A stretch of 64,000 nucleotides of DNA from an uncultured Mycoplasmatota bacterium (lineage in GTDB: Bacteria > Bacillota_I > Bacilli_A > RF39 > UBA660). Made by a program: the position numbers and the translations under genes. The notes under the pieces were generated by a model, which saw only the letters and a list, made by a program, of their open reading frames with translations, had not been told where the DNA came from and did not search any database. Positions 27,258 to 36,565 of the stretch are shown here, one piece after another (the first letter of the stretch is position 1; each line of letters begins with the position of its first letter). Where the stretch lies: NCBI GenBank assembly GCA_946413985.1, contig CAMKMS010000001.1:76317-140316 (forward strand), read 5' to 3'.

Positions 27258-29041
27258 TCTATATTATCTAAAACTGGATCAGTGCTTGGATGTACGCTTC
27301 CATATTTTTGTGATATTATCCAATTAAATGCACTAGTGTGTCCCAAAATTGCTACCTGAGTATTATGTTCATCAGTTTTATAATACTTAGGTAATTTTGT
27401 TAATATTGTATATCTAATATCTCCATTTTTTTCATAATATGCTGTTAATTCTTTTGCAAATCGTTGAATCTTTGGATATTCATCATTAGATGTTATAACC
27501 CAAATTGGAGTTCTTAGTGTGTATGGTGGTGTTTTTTTGCAATCCATTGTATCATCATATATTGTAGATGGAGTAAATATACATCTTGATTGGTTTTTAG
27601 CAGGGCTCATTGGAATCAATACTGAGAATAAACTTCTCATATTTTCTTCTGATTTGGGTTTTATTACTGTATGACTACCTGCTTTTAATTTAGTTTGTGC
27701 TTTATCTGAATAAGATATGCTTTGTTTAACTGATTTATTATATTTAATGATATCACTTACTGTAGTATTATACATTTTAGCTACACTTTCAAGCGTTGTG
27801 TCATTATTAGTAGGGCTATAAATAATTTGTTCTTCTAAAAAACCAATATACATTGTTCCATATCCACCTTGAGAAGTTCCTGTTACAGTAACTCTATCAA
27901 CGTCAACATTAAATAGTTTTACATAAGCATATAATATACTCATTGCTTTTGGAATAGATGGTTCCCAATTACAAGTCATATTTGAAGGAGCAATAACAAT
28001 TGCATCAACTTCTGGTTTATCAACATTATTAATTGGATATCTATTTTTAAGAAGGGCAGTTTTTAAGAAGTGATATGTTTGATTTCCTTCACTAGTAGTA
28101 CTACCTTTACAAGGAACACCCCATCCAAATCCACCATGAAGAGCAAGTACTAAAGGTACTTTTACTCCAGAAGCTAAATCTTTTGGAAAATATGCATAAT
28201 ATGATAAACCATTTTTTGGATAAGGATTATTTATAGCTTGAGTTTTGTCTGTTGAGCTTTGTTTTTGAAAATAATATCCATTTTTGTAATATTTTGGAGA
28301 ATCAATGTGTTTAACTTCACATTCAGCTCTTTTTGTTCTTCCATTATCTAATTTTACTTCAATGCTTGGATGTATTAATAATTCATAGTTATTTGTTGAT
28401 TGATATGTTGTGCTTGATCCTTCTTGTACAACTCTTCCTGCATTAATAAATTTATAATTAGTACCTTTGACTTTACTTAAATCAACTCTAATAGATGCAA
28501 GACCATATCCATTTGCATATTCAGCATAACATGATCCATCAATTACTCCCTCTCCACTTGGAGATTTTCTTGCTTCTATTTCATCATGTAATGCTTCTAA
28601 TTCTTCTAATAATTCATTTTTTATGTCTTGATATCTTATTGTATATATATAGTTTCTTGCTGTGTAATAATCATTGTCTTCTTCTGAATCTCTATATTTT
28701 TCTATTAATTCTTTTCCTTTTTCTTTATATGTTGGTTTAACATCAACAATAGTATTAAGGTTAATACATTCTTTATAATCAGTAGCACCAGTTATTTCAG
28801 TTATTAAATTAACAAATGTAGGTATTAAGAATATTAATACAGCTGCTATTATTTTTGATACTGCACCTTTTTTTGCTTTTTCTAATGCATCATTATCATT
28901 ATTCATTATTGCTCTAACAAAAGAAATCATTAGAGCTAATATTAATAATATTGGTACAGCAATTCTAATAATTTTTATTACTGTTACTACTGTATTTAAA
29001 ACACTCACTGTATCTGGATCATCGCAAATATTTAATATCAT
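27215..29041 (-). CDS. Membrane-anchored alpha/beta-hydrolase (esterase/depolymerase-like) with an embedded LysM module
   Basis: N-terminal two-TM hairpin. Hydrolase motifs LALHGGFGWG and nucleophile elbow GTSQGGYG. A LysM-like insert is TLESVAKMYNTTVSDIIKYNK...LKAGSHTVIKP. SD AGAGGTG. Confidence 0.6.
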   Translation of the reverse strand: MILNICDDPDTVSVLNTVVTVIKIIRIAVPILLILALMISFVRAIMNNDNDALEKAKKGAVSKIIAAVLIFLIPTFVNLITEITGATDYKECINLNTIVDVKPTYKEKGKELIEKYRDSEEDNDYYTARNYIYTIRYQDIKNELLEELEALHDEIEARKSPSGEGVIDGSCYAEYANGYGLASIRVDLSKVKGTNYKFINAGRVVQEGSSTTYQSTNNYELLIHPSIEVKLDNGRTKRAECEVKHIDSPKYYKNGYYFQKQSSTDKTQAINNPYPKNGLSYYAYFPKDLASGVKVPLVLALHGGFGWGVPCKGSTTSEGNQTYHFLKTALLKNRYPINNVDKPEVDAIVIAPSNMTCNWEPSIPKAMSILYAYVKLFNVDVDRVTVTGTSQGGYGTMYIGFLEEQIIYSPTNNDTTLESVAKMYNTTVSDIIKYNKSVKQSISYSDKAQTKLKAGSHTVIKPKSEENMRSLFSVLIPMSPAKNQSRCIFTPSTIYDDTMDCKKTPPYTLRTPIWVITSNDEYPKIQRFAKELTAYYEKNGDIRYTILTKLPKYYKTDEHNTQVAILGHTSAFNWIISQKYGSVHPSTDPVLDNIEKQLGNAFVKDFHP

Positions 29042-29125
29042 CTAAACACCTCTTTACTTGATTATATTTTAATTATAATACTTTTTAGTTAAAAAAAAAA
29101 CATATTCGTTTGAATATGTTTTCTG

Positions 29126-29560
29126 TTATTTTTTCAATTCTTTCATATAAGAATATGCAATTTTTATTTCAGATGCTGTCATATTATTATATTCTTCACT
29201 TTTCCATTCAAATACAATATACTTTCCGTTTTGATAATACTTAGTAGCATTTGGAAAATCTTCAATTTTTAGTAGTTTATACGCATAACCAGCTAACTCT
29301 TCAGTATCATATTTTACATAAGTATGATAAGCTGTAATTGTATCTCCACTATAGTAGAAAACATGCTTTGTATTATCATATTCAAAAACATATTTTGAAT
29401 CATCTGAGTATAATTGAACATCATTTGTTGTATTATTACCATTTTCTACATTTGTATTTCCATTTTCTCCTTCATTTTCATTTGGTTTATTTGAATTACA
29501 TCCTGCTATTAAAAAAATTGATATCACTACTAATATTGTTAATATTATCTTTTTCTTCAT
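29126..29560 (-). CDS. Lipoprotein, unknown function
   Basis: Lipobox FLIAGC after a signal peptide, then an Asn/Gly/Glu-rich linker. SD AAGGAGGA. Confidence 0.65.
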   Translation of the reverse strand: MKKKIILTILVVISIFLIAGCNSNKPNENEGENGNTNVENGNNTTNDVQLYSDDSKYVFEYDNTKHVFYYSGDTITAYHTYVKYDTEELAGYAYKLLKIEDFPNATKYYQNGKYIVFEWKSEEYNNMTASEIKIAYSYMKELKK

Positions 29561-29645
29561 AAAATCCTCCTTTTATTATCTACAATCTATTTTTATTATA
29601 TCATATTATTATTTTTTTTTATATATTTTTAAATAAAAGTTTATA

Positions 29646-29654
29646 TGATATAAT
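29646..29654 (+). promoter_or_regulatory. Extended -10 TGATATAAT placed 6 nt before GTG 29661
   Basis: TGATATAAT-atttaa-GTG. There is no SD before either the GTG at 29661 or the ATG at 29670. Confidence 0.4.
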
Positions 29655-29660
29655 ATTTAA

Positions 29661-30293
29661 GTGATTTTTATGAGGAAGTATAGAGTTTATTTTAAATCCA
29701 TAATAATTGTAATGTTAATACAAGCAATTAGTTACTTTTGTATCAAATCATTTTTAGGAAATCATCATGTTATTGTATCATTCTTAAATGTTCCTATGAT
29801 AAAATGGTTTGTATATTTTTATGATATTTGGTATCCAGTTATTGCTATTAACGCATTTATTATTTATTGTTTTGATTTTGAAAATTATAAAAAATTATTA
29901 TTTACTATGATAATAGGTGCATTAATGTCACATTTAACATTTTTAATTTATCCTACTATAATTATTAGGCCTGAAATTGATGTTAAATCATTTACTGATT
30001 TTATATTAGATTTCACTTATAAAACAGATACTCCTGCTGTTAATTGTTTACCTTCTGTACATTGTTTATTTTGTTTTATTGGATCATATTATATACTTAA
30101 AACTAAAAACTTAAAATCAATTTATAAATCTATTGTTATTATTATCATGAGTCTAATAGTTTTATCTACTTTGTTTATTAATCAACATATTATAGAAGAT
30201 GTTATTCTATCATTAATATATTCAATTATTACAATTATTATTGTTTATAAATTTAAAGATAAAATTAATAAATTATTAAAATTTTTATTTTAA
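29661..30293 (+). CDS. PAP2-superfamily (PAP2_3 / lipid phosphotransferase-like) membrane protein
   Basis: Six TM segments, with LPSVHC (SxH) and QHIIEDV (HxxxD) motifs. The start is ambiguous between the GTG at 29661 and the ATG at 29670. Confidence 0.55.
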   Translation: MIFMRKYRVYFKSIIIVMLIQAISYFCIKSFLGNHHVIVSFLNVPMIKWFVYFYDIWYPVIAINAFIIYCFDFENYKKLLFTMIIGALMSHLTFLIYPTIIIRPEIDVKSFTDFILDFTYKTDTPAVNCLPSVHCLFCFIGSYYILKTKNLKSIYKSIVIIIMSLIVLSTLFINQHIIEDVILSLIYSIITIIIVYKFKDKINKLLKFLF

Positions 30294-30301
30294 AAAAACT
30301 A

Positions 30302-31498
30302 TCAATCATTGATAGTTTTATTATTTTCTTTTTTTATTTCAATTTGTTTTAAATAAAAATTATATGTTTCTTTTGCAATATCAGTCCAATTTCTTCCTAA
30401 CATTTCTTTTGCATTTTTACTTACTGTATTTAATAATTCTTTATTATTCATTATTTCTCTTATTCTTTTTGCATATCTTTTTGTATTTTCTACTTCAGTA
30501 AATCCACTAACATTATTTATTACTGTATCTGAAGTTACACTTCCTTTAATAAATAATCCTGGAGTTTCATTTACAGCGGCTTCAATTTGCACAAGACTAG
30601 ATGCATCAAATAAAGAAGGAAACAAGAATAAATCACTCATTGCATAAATACTAGATAATAGTGTTCTATCTTCAATACGTCCTGTCATTATTACTTCATT
30701 TTCCATTTTGTAATCAATAATTCTGTTTTTTAATTTGTTTTCATCTGGACCAGTTCCTACATATAACATTTTGAATTTGAAGTTTTCTTCTTTTAATATT
30801 TTTAATGAATCTAGTATGAAAAATATATTTTTTATTTCAGTTATTCTTCCAACAAATAAGAAAACTGCCTCATCATCTTTTATCTTAAATTTATTTTTTG
30901 CTTCTTTAATATGTTTTCCTTTATCTTCAAGAGGTTTTAAATCTGTTCCATTATATATTACTGTTGGTTCATATTTATAACCAAAATCTTTAAATACTTT
31001 AATCATTGCATTATTTATTGCAATAGCAGCATCACATTTATTATATATATTTGCTATATTTCCTATTACATAATCTATAAATAATTGATTATCAACAATT
31101 TTTCTTATTTCATAATCAAAACGTGTATGCATAGTTGCTACGCATGGAATATTTTGCTTTCTTGCTATTCTTATACCTAAAAAACCTACTGTAAATGGAG
31201 AATGTATATGAATTATATCAAAATTTTTATTTAATAGTTTTTTATATACTTTTGAATTAGTAAGTTTAAATTCACCAATTCTATATTCAGAAAATGGTAC
31301 TTTGATACTACGTATTCTAATTATATCATATTCTTTATTTTTATCATTTTTCATAGTTGTTGTATATGGAACAACAACTGTAACATCATTATATTTTGAT
31401 AGTTCTTTTGCAAGATTATCAATAACTAATACAACTCCATCTATCGCAGGATAATAACTATCCATAAAAATACCAATTTTTAATCTTTTATTTGCCAT
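30302..31498 (-). CDS. GT4-family glycosyltransferase (glycolipid/teichoic-type)
   Basis: GT-B pattern with N-terminal IGIFMDSYYPAIDGV and the C-terminal E-x7-E region LFLFPSLFDASSLVQIEAAVNETP. Confidence 0.75.
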   Translation of the reverse strand: MANKRLKIGIFMDSYYPAIDGVVLVIDNLAKELSKYNDVTVVVPYTTTMKNDKNKEYDIIRIRSIKVPFSEYRIGEFKLTNSKVYKKLLNKNFDIIHIHSPFTVGFLGIRIARKQNIPCVATMHTRFDYEIRKIVDNQLFIDYVIGNIANIYNKCDAAIAINNAMIKVFKDFGYKYEPTVIYNGTDLKPLEDKGKHIKEAKNKFKIKDDEAVFLFVGRITEIKNIFFILDSLKILKEENFKFKMLYVGTGPDENKLKNRIIDYKMENEVIMTGRIEDRTLLSSIYAMSDLFLFPSLFDASSLVQIEAAVNETPGLFIKGSVTSDTVINNVSGFTEVENTKRYAKRIREIMNNKELLNTVSKNAKEMLGRNWTDIAKETYNFYLKQIEIKKENNKTIND

Positions 31499-31611
31499 AT
31501 TAACACCAAAATAATTATAGCATATTAATGTAAAATAACGAATAAATATTAATTAAAGTTAATAATAATAGTGGTAATGTGATATAATGTACTTGAGGAA
31601 GGTGTTTTTAT

Positions 31612-33045
31612 ATGGGTAGTTATATTAAATGGATACTTTTACTTGCAGTATTAAATGTATTAATGTTTTATGGTTATAAATTTGGAATATCAGCTTCTAT
31701 ATTTATGATACCATTGCTAATTTTAATATATGTATTCTTGAAAAAGAATAATAAAATTAACAATAAAAAAGGTTTATTATTGATGATACCAATTTTATTA
31801 TTATCTATTTCATATGGAATATTTGATAGTAATGTATTTGATGTATTTAATTGTATAGTAATAATAATATTATTTGAATTATTATATATTTTTACAATTA
31901 AACCTGTAGATAAACTTAATGTACTTATTGAAGAAGTGTTTTCCTTATTAGTAATGCCAATTACTTATATTGGAAATTTCTATAGAGTATCTGTATCAAA
32001 AATATCTAGTAAAATTAAAATATCACCAAAAACAAAAAAAGTATTGTTATCTTGTTTAATTGTTTTACCAGTTGTTTTAGTAGTTGTATTATTACTATCA
32101 AGTGCGGATTTAATATTTGGTAATTTATTTGATAATATATTTGGAAATATATTTGACGTATTAGAAGAATTTATATTTAATAATTTCTTAGGAAGACTAT
32201 TAAGATTTGTTATTATATTCTTTATAATTGGCATTTCTCTAATGTATGTATTATTTGAATATCCTAAAAAGAAAGATATAATTATTTCTGAAAATAAAAA
32301 AACAAGAGATGTATTTACTATTAAATTATTAGTAAGTGTATTAAATATTATTTATATAGTGTTTGATATAATACAAATAAAATCATTAATGCTTCATAGT
32401 GTATCTTCAAATATTAATTATGCTGAATATGCAAGACAAGGTTTTTTTGAATTATTAATAGTGTCTATAATAAATATTGCAATTATATTAATATCAAAGA
32501 AATTTGAAACAAAAGATAATGAAAAAGATTATAAATTTATTAATATTATGAATATATTAATGATATTCTTAACTATGATTATTATTATATCTTCATTCTT
32601 AAGAATGAATTTATATGAATCAGCTTATGGTTATACTACTTTAAGATTACTTGTATATATTGCTTTAATAACTGAAACAATATTAATGATTCCAACAGCA
32701 ATGTATATATTTAATTCTAATGTAAATATATTAAAGTGTTATATGATTATAATAATATGTTCATATGTTTTAACTAATTACATTAATATAGATTATATGG
32801 TAGCAAGAAGAAATGTAAATAGATATTATATTAATAATAAAATTGATATGGAATATTTAATTAATTTTGGATATGATAATATACCTGTACTATATGAACT
32901 ATATAATAAAACTGATGATGTAAATATTAAAGAAGGACTTAGAGAATACTTTAAAAGTATGACTAATAATGAAAATGATTCAATATTTGAATTTAATATT
33001 TCAAAGTATAAAGCAATGAAATTATTAAAAGAAGAATTTAAATAA
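31612..33045 (+). CDS. Large polytopic membrane protein, unknown function
   Basis: More than 10 hydrophobic segments. SD GAGGAAGG. TGATATAAT at 31580-31588. Confidence 0.5.
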   Translation: MGSYIKWILLLAVLNVLMFYGYKFGISASIFMIPLLILIYVFLKKNNKINNKKGLLLMIPILLLSISYGIFDSNVFDVFNCIVIIILFELLYIFTIKPVDKLNVLIEEVFSLLVMPITYIGNFYRVSVSKISSKIKISPKTKKVLLSCLIVLPVVLVVVLLLSSADLIFGNLFDNIFGNIFDVLEEFIFNNFLGRLLRFVIIFFIIGISLMYVLFEYPKKKDIIISENKKTRDVFTIKLLVSVLNIIYIVFDIIQIKSLMLHSVSSNINYAEYARQGFFELLIVSIINIAIILISKKFETKDNEKDYKFINIMNILMIFLTMIIIISSFLRMNLYESAYGYTTLRLLVYIALITETILMIPTAMYIFNSNVNILKCYMIIIICSYVLTNYINIDYMVARRNVNRYYINNKIDMEYLINFGYDNIPVLYELYNKTDDVNIKEGLREYFKSMTNNENDSIFEFNISKYKAMKLLKEEFK

Positions 33046-33103
33046 TCTTCTTTTTTTATGATATAAATATGATATAATATAGATAAATAAGGAGGTGTAC
33101 ATA

Positions 33104-33976
33104 ATGCTTGTTAGTAATAATTGGAAAGATTACGAATGTATTGATGCTGGTAATGGTGAAAAATTAGAGCGTTGGGGAAATGTAATCTTAAGAAGACCAG
33201 ATCCTTGGGCATTATGGACACATAAAAATGATAATGTATGGAATAATTATCATGCAATATATCATAGAAGTGATAAAGGTGGAGGATATTGGGAAAATAA
33301 AAAATCTTTTCCTGAATATTGGACTATAAATTATAGAGATTTAAAGTTTAAAGTTAGTCCAACTGGATTTAAACATACAGGTCTATTTCCAGAACAAGCT
33401 GGTAATTGGGATTTTATAATAGATAAAATAAAAAATGCAAATAGACCTATCAAAGTATTGAATTTATTTGCATATACTGGTGCTGCAACTATGGCTTCAT
33501 CTTTCGCTGGAGCTGTTGAAGTAGTACATGTTGATGCTAGTCAGGGTATGAATGAATGGGCAAAAGAAAATGCTAAATTATCAAAATTGGATCAGAATAA
33601 AATTAGATATATTTGTGATGATGTATTAAAATTTGTTGAAAGAGAAAATAGACGTGGTAATAAATATGATGCAATAATAATGGATCCACCAACTTATGGA
33701 AGAGGACCAGGGAAAGAATTATGGAGATTTGAAGATAGTTTAAACAAATTATTAGATGCATGTATTAATATATTAAGTGATAAGCCTTTATTCTTGCTTA
33801 TTAGTTCTTATACTAAAGGAATTACTCCTGAAATATTAAAAAATGTTTTATTGACTGCGTGTGAAAATAAATTAAGTGGAAAAATAACTACAGATGAAAT
33901 TGGACTAAAGATTACAAGTACTAATATGATACTTCCTTGCGGAGTATATGGAAGGTGGGAAAATAATGAAAACTAG
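33104..33976 (+). CDS. Class I SAM-dependent (RlmI/YcbY C-terminal-like) RNA methyltransferase
   Basis: SAM-binding VLNLFAYTGAATMA and catalytic-region DAIIMDPPTYGRG. ATG at 33104, 8 nt after AGGAGG. Confidence 0.7.
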   Translation: MLVSNNWKDYECIDAGNGEKLERWGNVILRRPDPWALWTHKNDNVWNNYHAIYHRSDKGGGYWENKKSFPEYWTINYRDLKFKVSPTGFKHTGLFPEQAGNWDFIIDKIKNANRPIKVLNLFAYTGAATMASSFAGAVEVVHVDASQGMNEWAKENAKLSKLDQNKIRYICDDVLKFVERENRRGNKYDAIIMDPPTYGRGPGKELWRFEDSLNKLLDACINILSDKPLFLLISSYTKGITPEILKNVLLTACENKLSGKITTDEIGLKITSTNMILPCGVYGRWENNEN

Positions 33977-34325
33977 AATTATTTTTAAAAGTCTATTTGT
34001 TGTAATACTTGTCATAATATTATTTTGTCTTGTGTTTATAATTAATGATAAAGCAGGAAAAGGAGCTAAAATATATAATCCAATTGTTCTTAGTACTTAT
34101 ACAATCTTATATGATAATGAGGGTAAAGAATGTATGAATAAACCCGAATTATTTTATAAAGATGGAAAGTATAAATACTCTTTACCATGTGTAAGTAGTT
34201 ATGATACATATCTATTATGGGATGATGGTACTAAAGAATTAATAAAAAATGCTTTAGAGAATAATAAAGTTGATATAGAATCTTTAGAAAGTCATGGATT
34301 AAAAGTGAAAAAAGATGCAATCTAA
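33966..34325 (+). CDS. Small N-terminally anchored protein, unknown function
   Basis: ATG at 33966 after GGTGGGA. One TM (IIFKSLFVVILVIILFCLVFII). It overlaps both neighbouring genes. Confidence 0.45.
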   Translation: MKTRIIFKSLFVVILVIILFCLVFIINDKAGKGAKIYNPIVLSTYTILYDNEGKECMNKPELFYKDGKYKYSLPCVSSYDTYLLWDDGTKELIKNALENNKVDIESLESHGLKVKKDAI

Positions 34326-34977
34326 TATAAATATAATATTTGAAGATAATCATTTATTAGTTGTAGAAAAACCAATTAATATTCCTACACAAGAAGATAA
34401 TAGTAAAGATAAAGATTTGCTAACAATTCTAAAAGAATATTTAAAAGTAAAATATAATAAACCTGGAAATGTATATTTGGGATTAGTTCATAGACTAGAT
34501 AGACCAGTTGGTGGAATAATGGTTTTTGCGAAAACAAGTAAATGTGCATCTAGATTATCTGAACAAATAAGATTAGATAAGTTTAATAAGGTATATAATG
34601 CGGTAGTAATGAACAAAATAAATGATGAAGGAACACTAACTGATTATTTACTTAAAGATACGAAAAAAAATATAGTTAAAATAGATAAAAATGGAAAATT
34701 ATCAATATTGTCATATAAAAGATTAAATACTATTGATAATATGAGTTTAGTAGAGATTAAATTAAAGACAGGAAGAAGTCATCAAATAAGAGTCCAAATG
34801 TCTCATAATGGTAATCCATTATATGGAGATCAAAAATATAATAATAATGCTAAAGTAGGAGAGCAACTTGCATTATTTGCAAAAAAGATAGAGTTTTCAC
34901 ATCCTATAACAAATGAATTATTAACTTTTGAACTAGATTTACCAAATAGATTTCCATTTTCGATATTTAAGATTTAG
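34315..34977 (+). CDS. RluA-family pseudouridine synthase (no S4 domain)
   Basis: Catalytic motif HRLDRPVGG and GRSHQIRVQM. Length 220 aa. Confidence 0.8.
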   Translation: MQSNINIIFEDNHLLVVEKPINIPTQEDNSKDKDLLTILKEYLKVKYNKPGNVYLGLVHRLDRPVGGIMVFAKTSKCASRLSEQIRLDKFNKVYNAVVMNKINDEGTLTDYLLKDTKKNIVKIDKNGKLSILSYKRLNTIDNMSLVEIKLKTGRSHQIRVQMSHNGNPLYGDQKYNNNAKVGEQLALFAKKIEFSHPITNELLTFELDLPNRFPFSIFKI

Positions 34978-34985
34978 AGGTATTT

Positions 34986-35780
34986 ATGAAAGAAGAATTT
35001 ATTAATGATATAGCATATTTAGATCAACATTTTTTAATTGATAGAAGAATAATAAATACGTTAATTGATTATTCAAATTTAAAAATAACAGATGATGTTG
35101 TTGAAATAGGACCAGGAAAAGGACAAATTAGTGATACTATTGCTAAAAGAAGTAAACATTTAACTTGCATAGAAATTGATAAAAATTTAGAACCATGGAT
35201 TAATGTATTGAAAGATAAACATGATAATATTGATGTCATTTATGGTAGTGCGCTTGATGTATATATTCCAAAATGTAATAAAATAATTTCTGCTCTTCCA
35301 TATTCAATAACTGAACCTTTTATAGAAAAACTTCTTAGATGTGATTTTGAAGAAGCAATATTAATTGTTGGTAAAAAATTTGCTGATAATGTAATAGAAA
35401 AAAATCATAATAAACTTGCTCTTTTAACTAATTCTTTCTTTATATGTGAAAAAATTATTGATATAGCTCCTGATGCATTTGAGCCAAGACCAAGAGTAAT
35501 GTCATCAATGATTAAACTTACAAAAATTAATAGAGAAGATTTAAAAGGAAGTTTTAGAAGATTTATGTTTAGAGAAATGTTCTTTAATAGAGATAGAAAA
35601 TTAAAAAATAACCTTGTAGAATCAATAATTGAATTTGTTAAATTGCATGATAAAAAACTTACTAAAAAAGAAAGTAAAAAAATAGTAGATGGATATCTTC
35701 TTCCAAAAGAAATGTTAAATAAAAGAATGGAGAATTTATCTAACGAAGAATATGATATTTTATATGATGCATTAAAATAG
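34986..35780 (+). CDS. Divergent rRNA adenine dimethyltransferase family protein (KsgA/Erm-like)
   Basis: QHFLID (compare QNFL), SAM motif VVEIGPGKGQIS, motif IV ALPY in place of N(I/L)PY, and FEPRPRVMSSMIKL (compare F.P.PKV.S). Confidence 0.65.
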   Translation: MKEEFINDIAYLDQHFLIDRRIINTLIDYSNLKITDDVVEIGPGKGQISDTIAKRSKHLTCIEIDKNLEPWINVLKDKHDNIDVIYGSALDVYIPKCNKIISALPYSITEPFIEKLLRCDFEEAILIVGKKFADNVIEKNHNKLALLTNSFFICEKIIDIAPDAFEPRPRVMSSMIKLTKINREDLKGSFRRFMFREMFFNRDRKLKNNLVESIIEFVKLHDKKLTKKESKKIVDGYLLPKEMLNKRMENLSNEEYDILYDALK

Positions 35781-35804
35781 AGCTTTAAAAAGCTCTGTTT
35801 TTTA
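35779..35804. terminator. Bidirectional terminator between convergent genes
   Basis: AGAGCTT-taaa-AAGCTCT followed by T-rich sequence. Confidence 0.55.
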
Positions 35805-36383
35805 TTTAATCATATTAATAATTTGTTCAAATAAATATGGTTTATACTCATTAATAGAAAGTGGAATATCATATATAATTGAACTATAAATACTACTTCC
35901 TATTAATTCAATAATCATATATAATACAACTTCTGGATTTTTAATTTTGTTATTATAATTTTTTAATTCTTGAGCAAACATTTCCTTGATATTTATATAT
36001 TCACTTTCTAATACTTTATTAAATAATCCAAATGATAAATTTTTATTTATTAATTTAAGTAAATCTTTATTATTTATAAAATCATCTATAATATAATTAG
36101 TAATGCTAATAATTTTCTCATCAAATTTATCAATCATTTTATTATTGGCATTTATTATTGCTTCATCAATTAATAAACGTGATTTTTCTATAATAACTTG
36201 GTCTTTAATATCCCATTTATCTTTAAAATATAAATAAAATGTTCCCTTAGCTACACCAGCATAGTCAACAATATCATTTATTGATGTATCTATAAAACCT
36301 CTAGTTAAAAATAGTGTGTATGCTGATGCTAATAATTTATCTCTTTTTATTTGTTTCTTTTCTTCAATCTTTGAAATACTCAT
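35802..36383 (-). CDS. TetR/AcrR-family transcriptional regulator
   Basis: N-terminal HTH LFLTRGFIDTSINDIVDYAGVAKGTFYLYFKDK. SD AGAGGGA. Confidence 0.85.
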   Translation of the reverse strand: MSISKIEEKKQIKRDKLLASAYTLFLTRGFIDTSINDIVDYAGVAKGTFYLYFKDKWDIKDQVIIEKSRLLIDEAIINANNKMIDKFDEKIISITNYIIDDFINNKDLLKLINKNLSFGLFNKVLESEYINIKEMFAQELKNYNNKIKNPEVVLYMIIELIGSSIYSSIIYDIPLSINEYKPYLFEQIINMIK

Positions 36384-36397
36384 AGAATCCCTCTTCG

Positions 36398-36424
36398 GGT
36401 CATTATAATAGTATAATAATGACC
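36398..36424. promoter_or_regulatory. Perfect 9-bp inverted repeat GGTCATTAT-N9-ATAATGACC (candidate TetR operator)
   Basis: It lies between the tetR start codon and a minus-strand TTGACT-N17-TATTAT promoter, and overlaps that promoter's spacer and -10. Confidence 0.45.
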
Positions 36425-36462
36425 AAAAGTCAAATAAATTATAAACTTTTTATAAAAAATAT

Positions 36463-36490
36463 AGACAATAATTATTGTTATGCTATAATA
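36463..36490 (+). promoter_or_regulatory. Promoter TAGACA-N16-TGcTATAAT with an embedded 14-bp perfect palindrome ACAATAATTATTGT
   Basis: -35 at 36463-36468, -10 at 36485-36490, palindrome at 36465-36478 in the spacer. It drives the leader ORF and the ABC-F gene. Confidence 0.5.
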
Positions 36491-36508
36491 TGAGTGAAAG
36501 GTGATATT

Positions 36509-36565
36509 ATGTGTATATATGTTAAGACAGTAATTATTTATACAGGTAATATCACACTTTGTTAA
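36509..36565 (+). CDS. 18-codon leader ORF of the ABC-F gene (not in the ORF track)
   Basis: SD AAAGGTGA lies 4 nt before the ATG. It encodes MCIYVKTVIIYTGNITLC. The last codons and the TAA stop form the 5' arm of the terminator. Confidence 0.5.
   Translation: MCIYVKTVIIYTGNITLC

Noticed and set aside
20915-29600. Genomic island integrated at tRNA-Gly
   Set aside because: The region downstream of the tRNA holds hypothetical genes and decayed sequences. However, I found no integrase or recombinase, no direct repeat of the tRNA 3' end, and no compositional break by eye. Accessory character is plausible; island status is unsupported.
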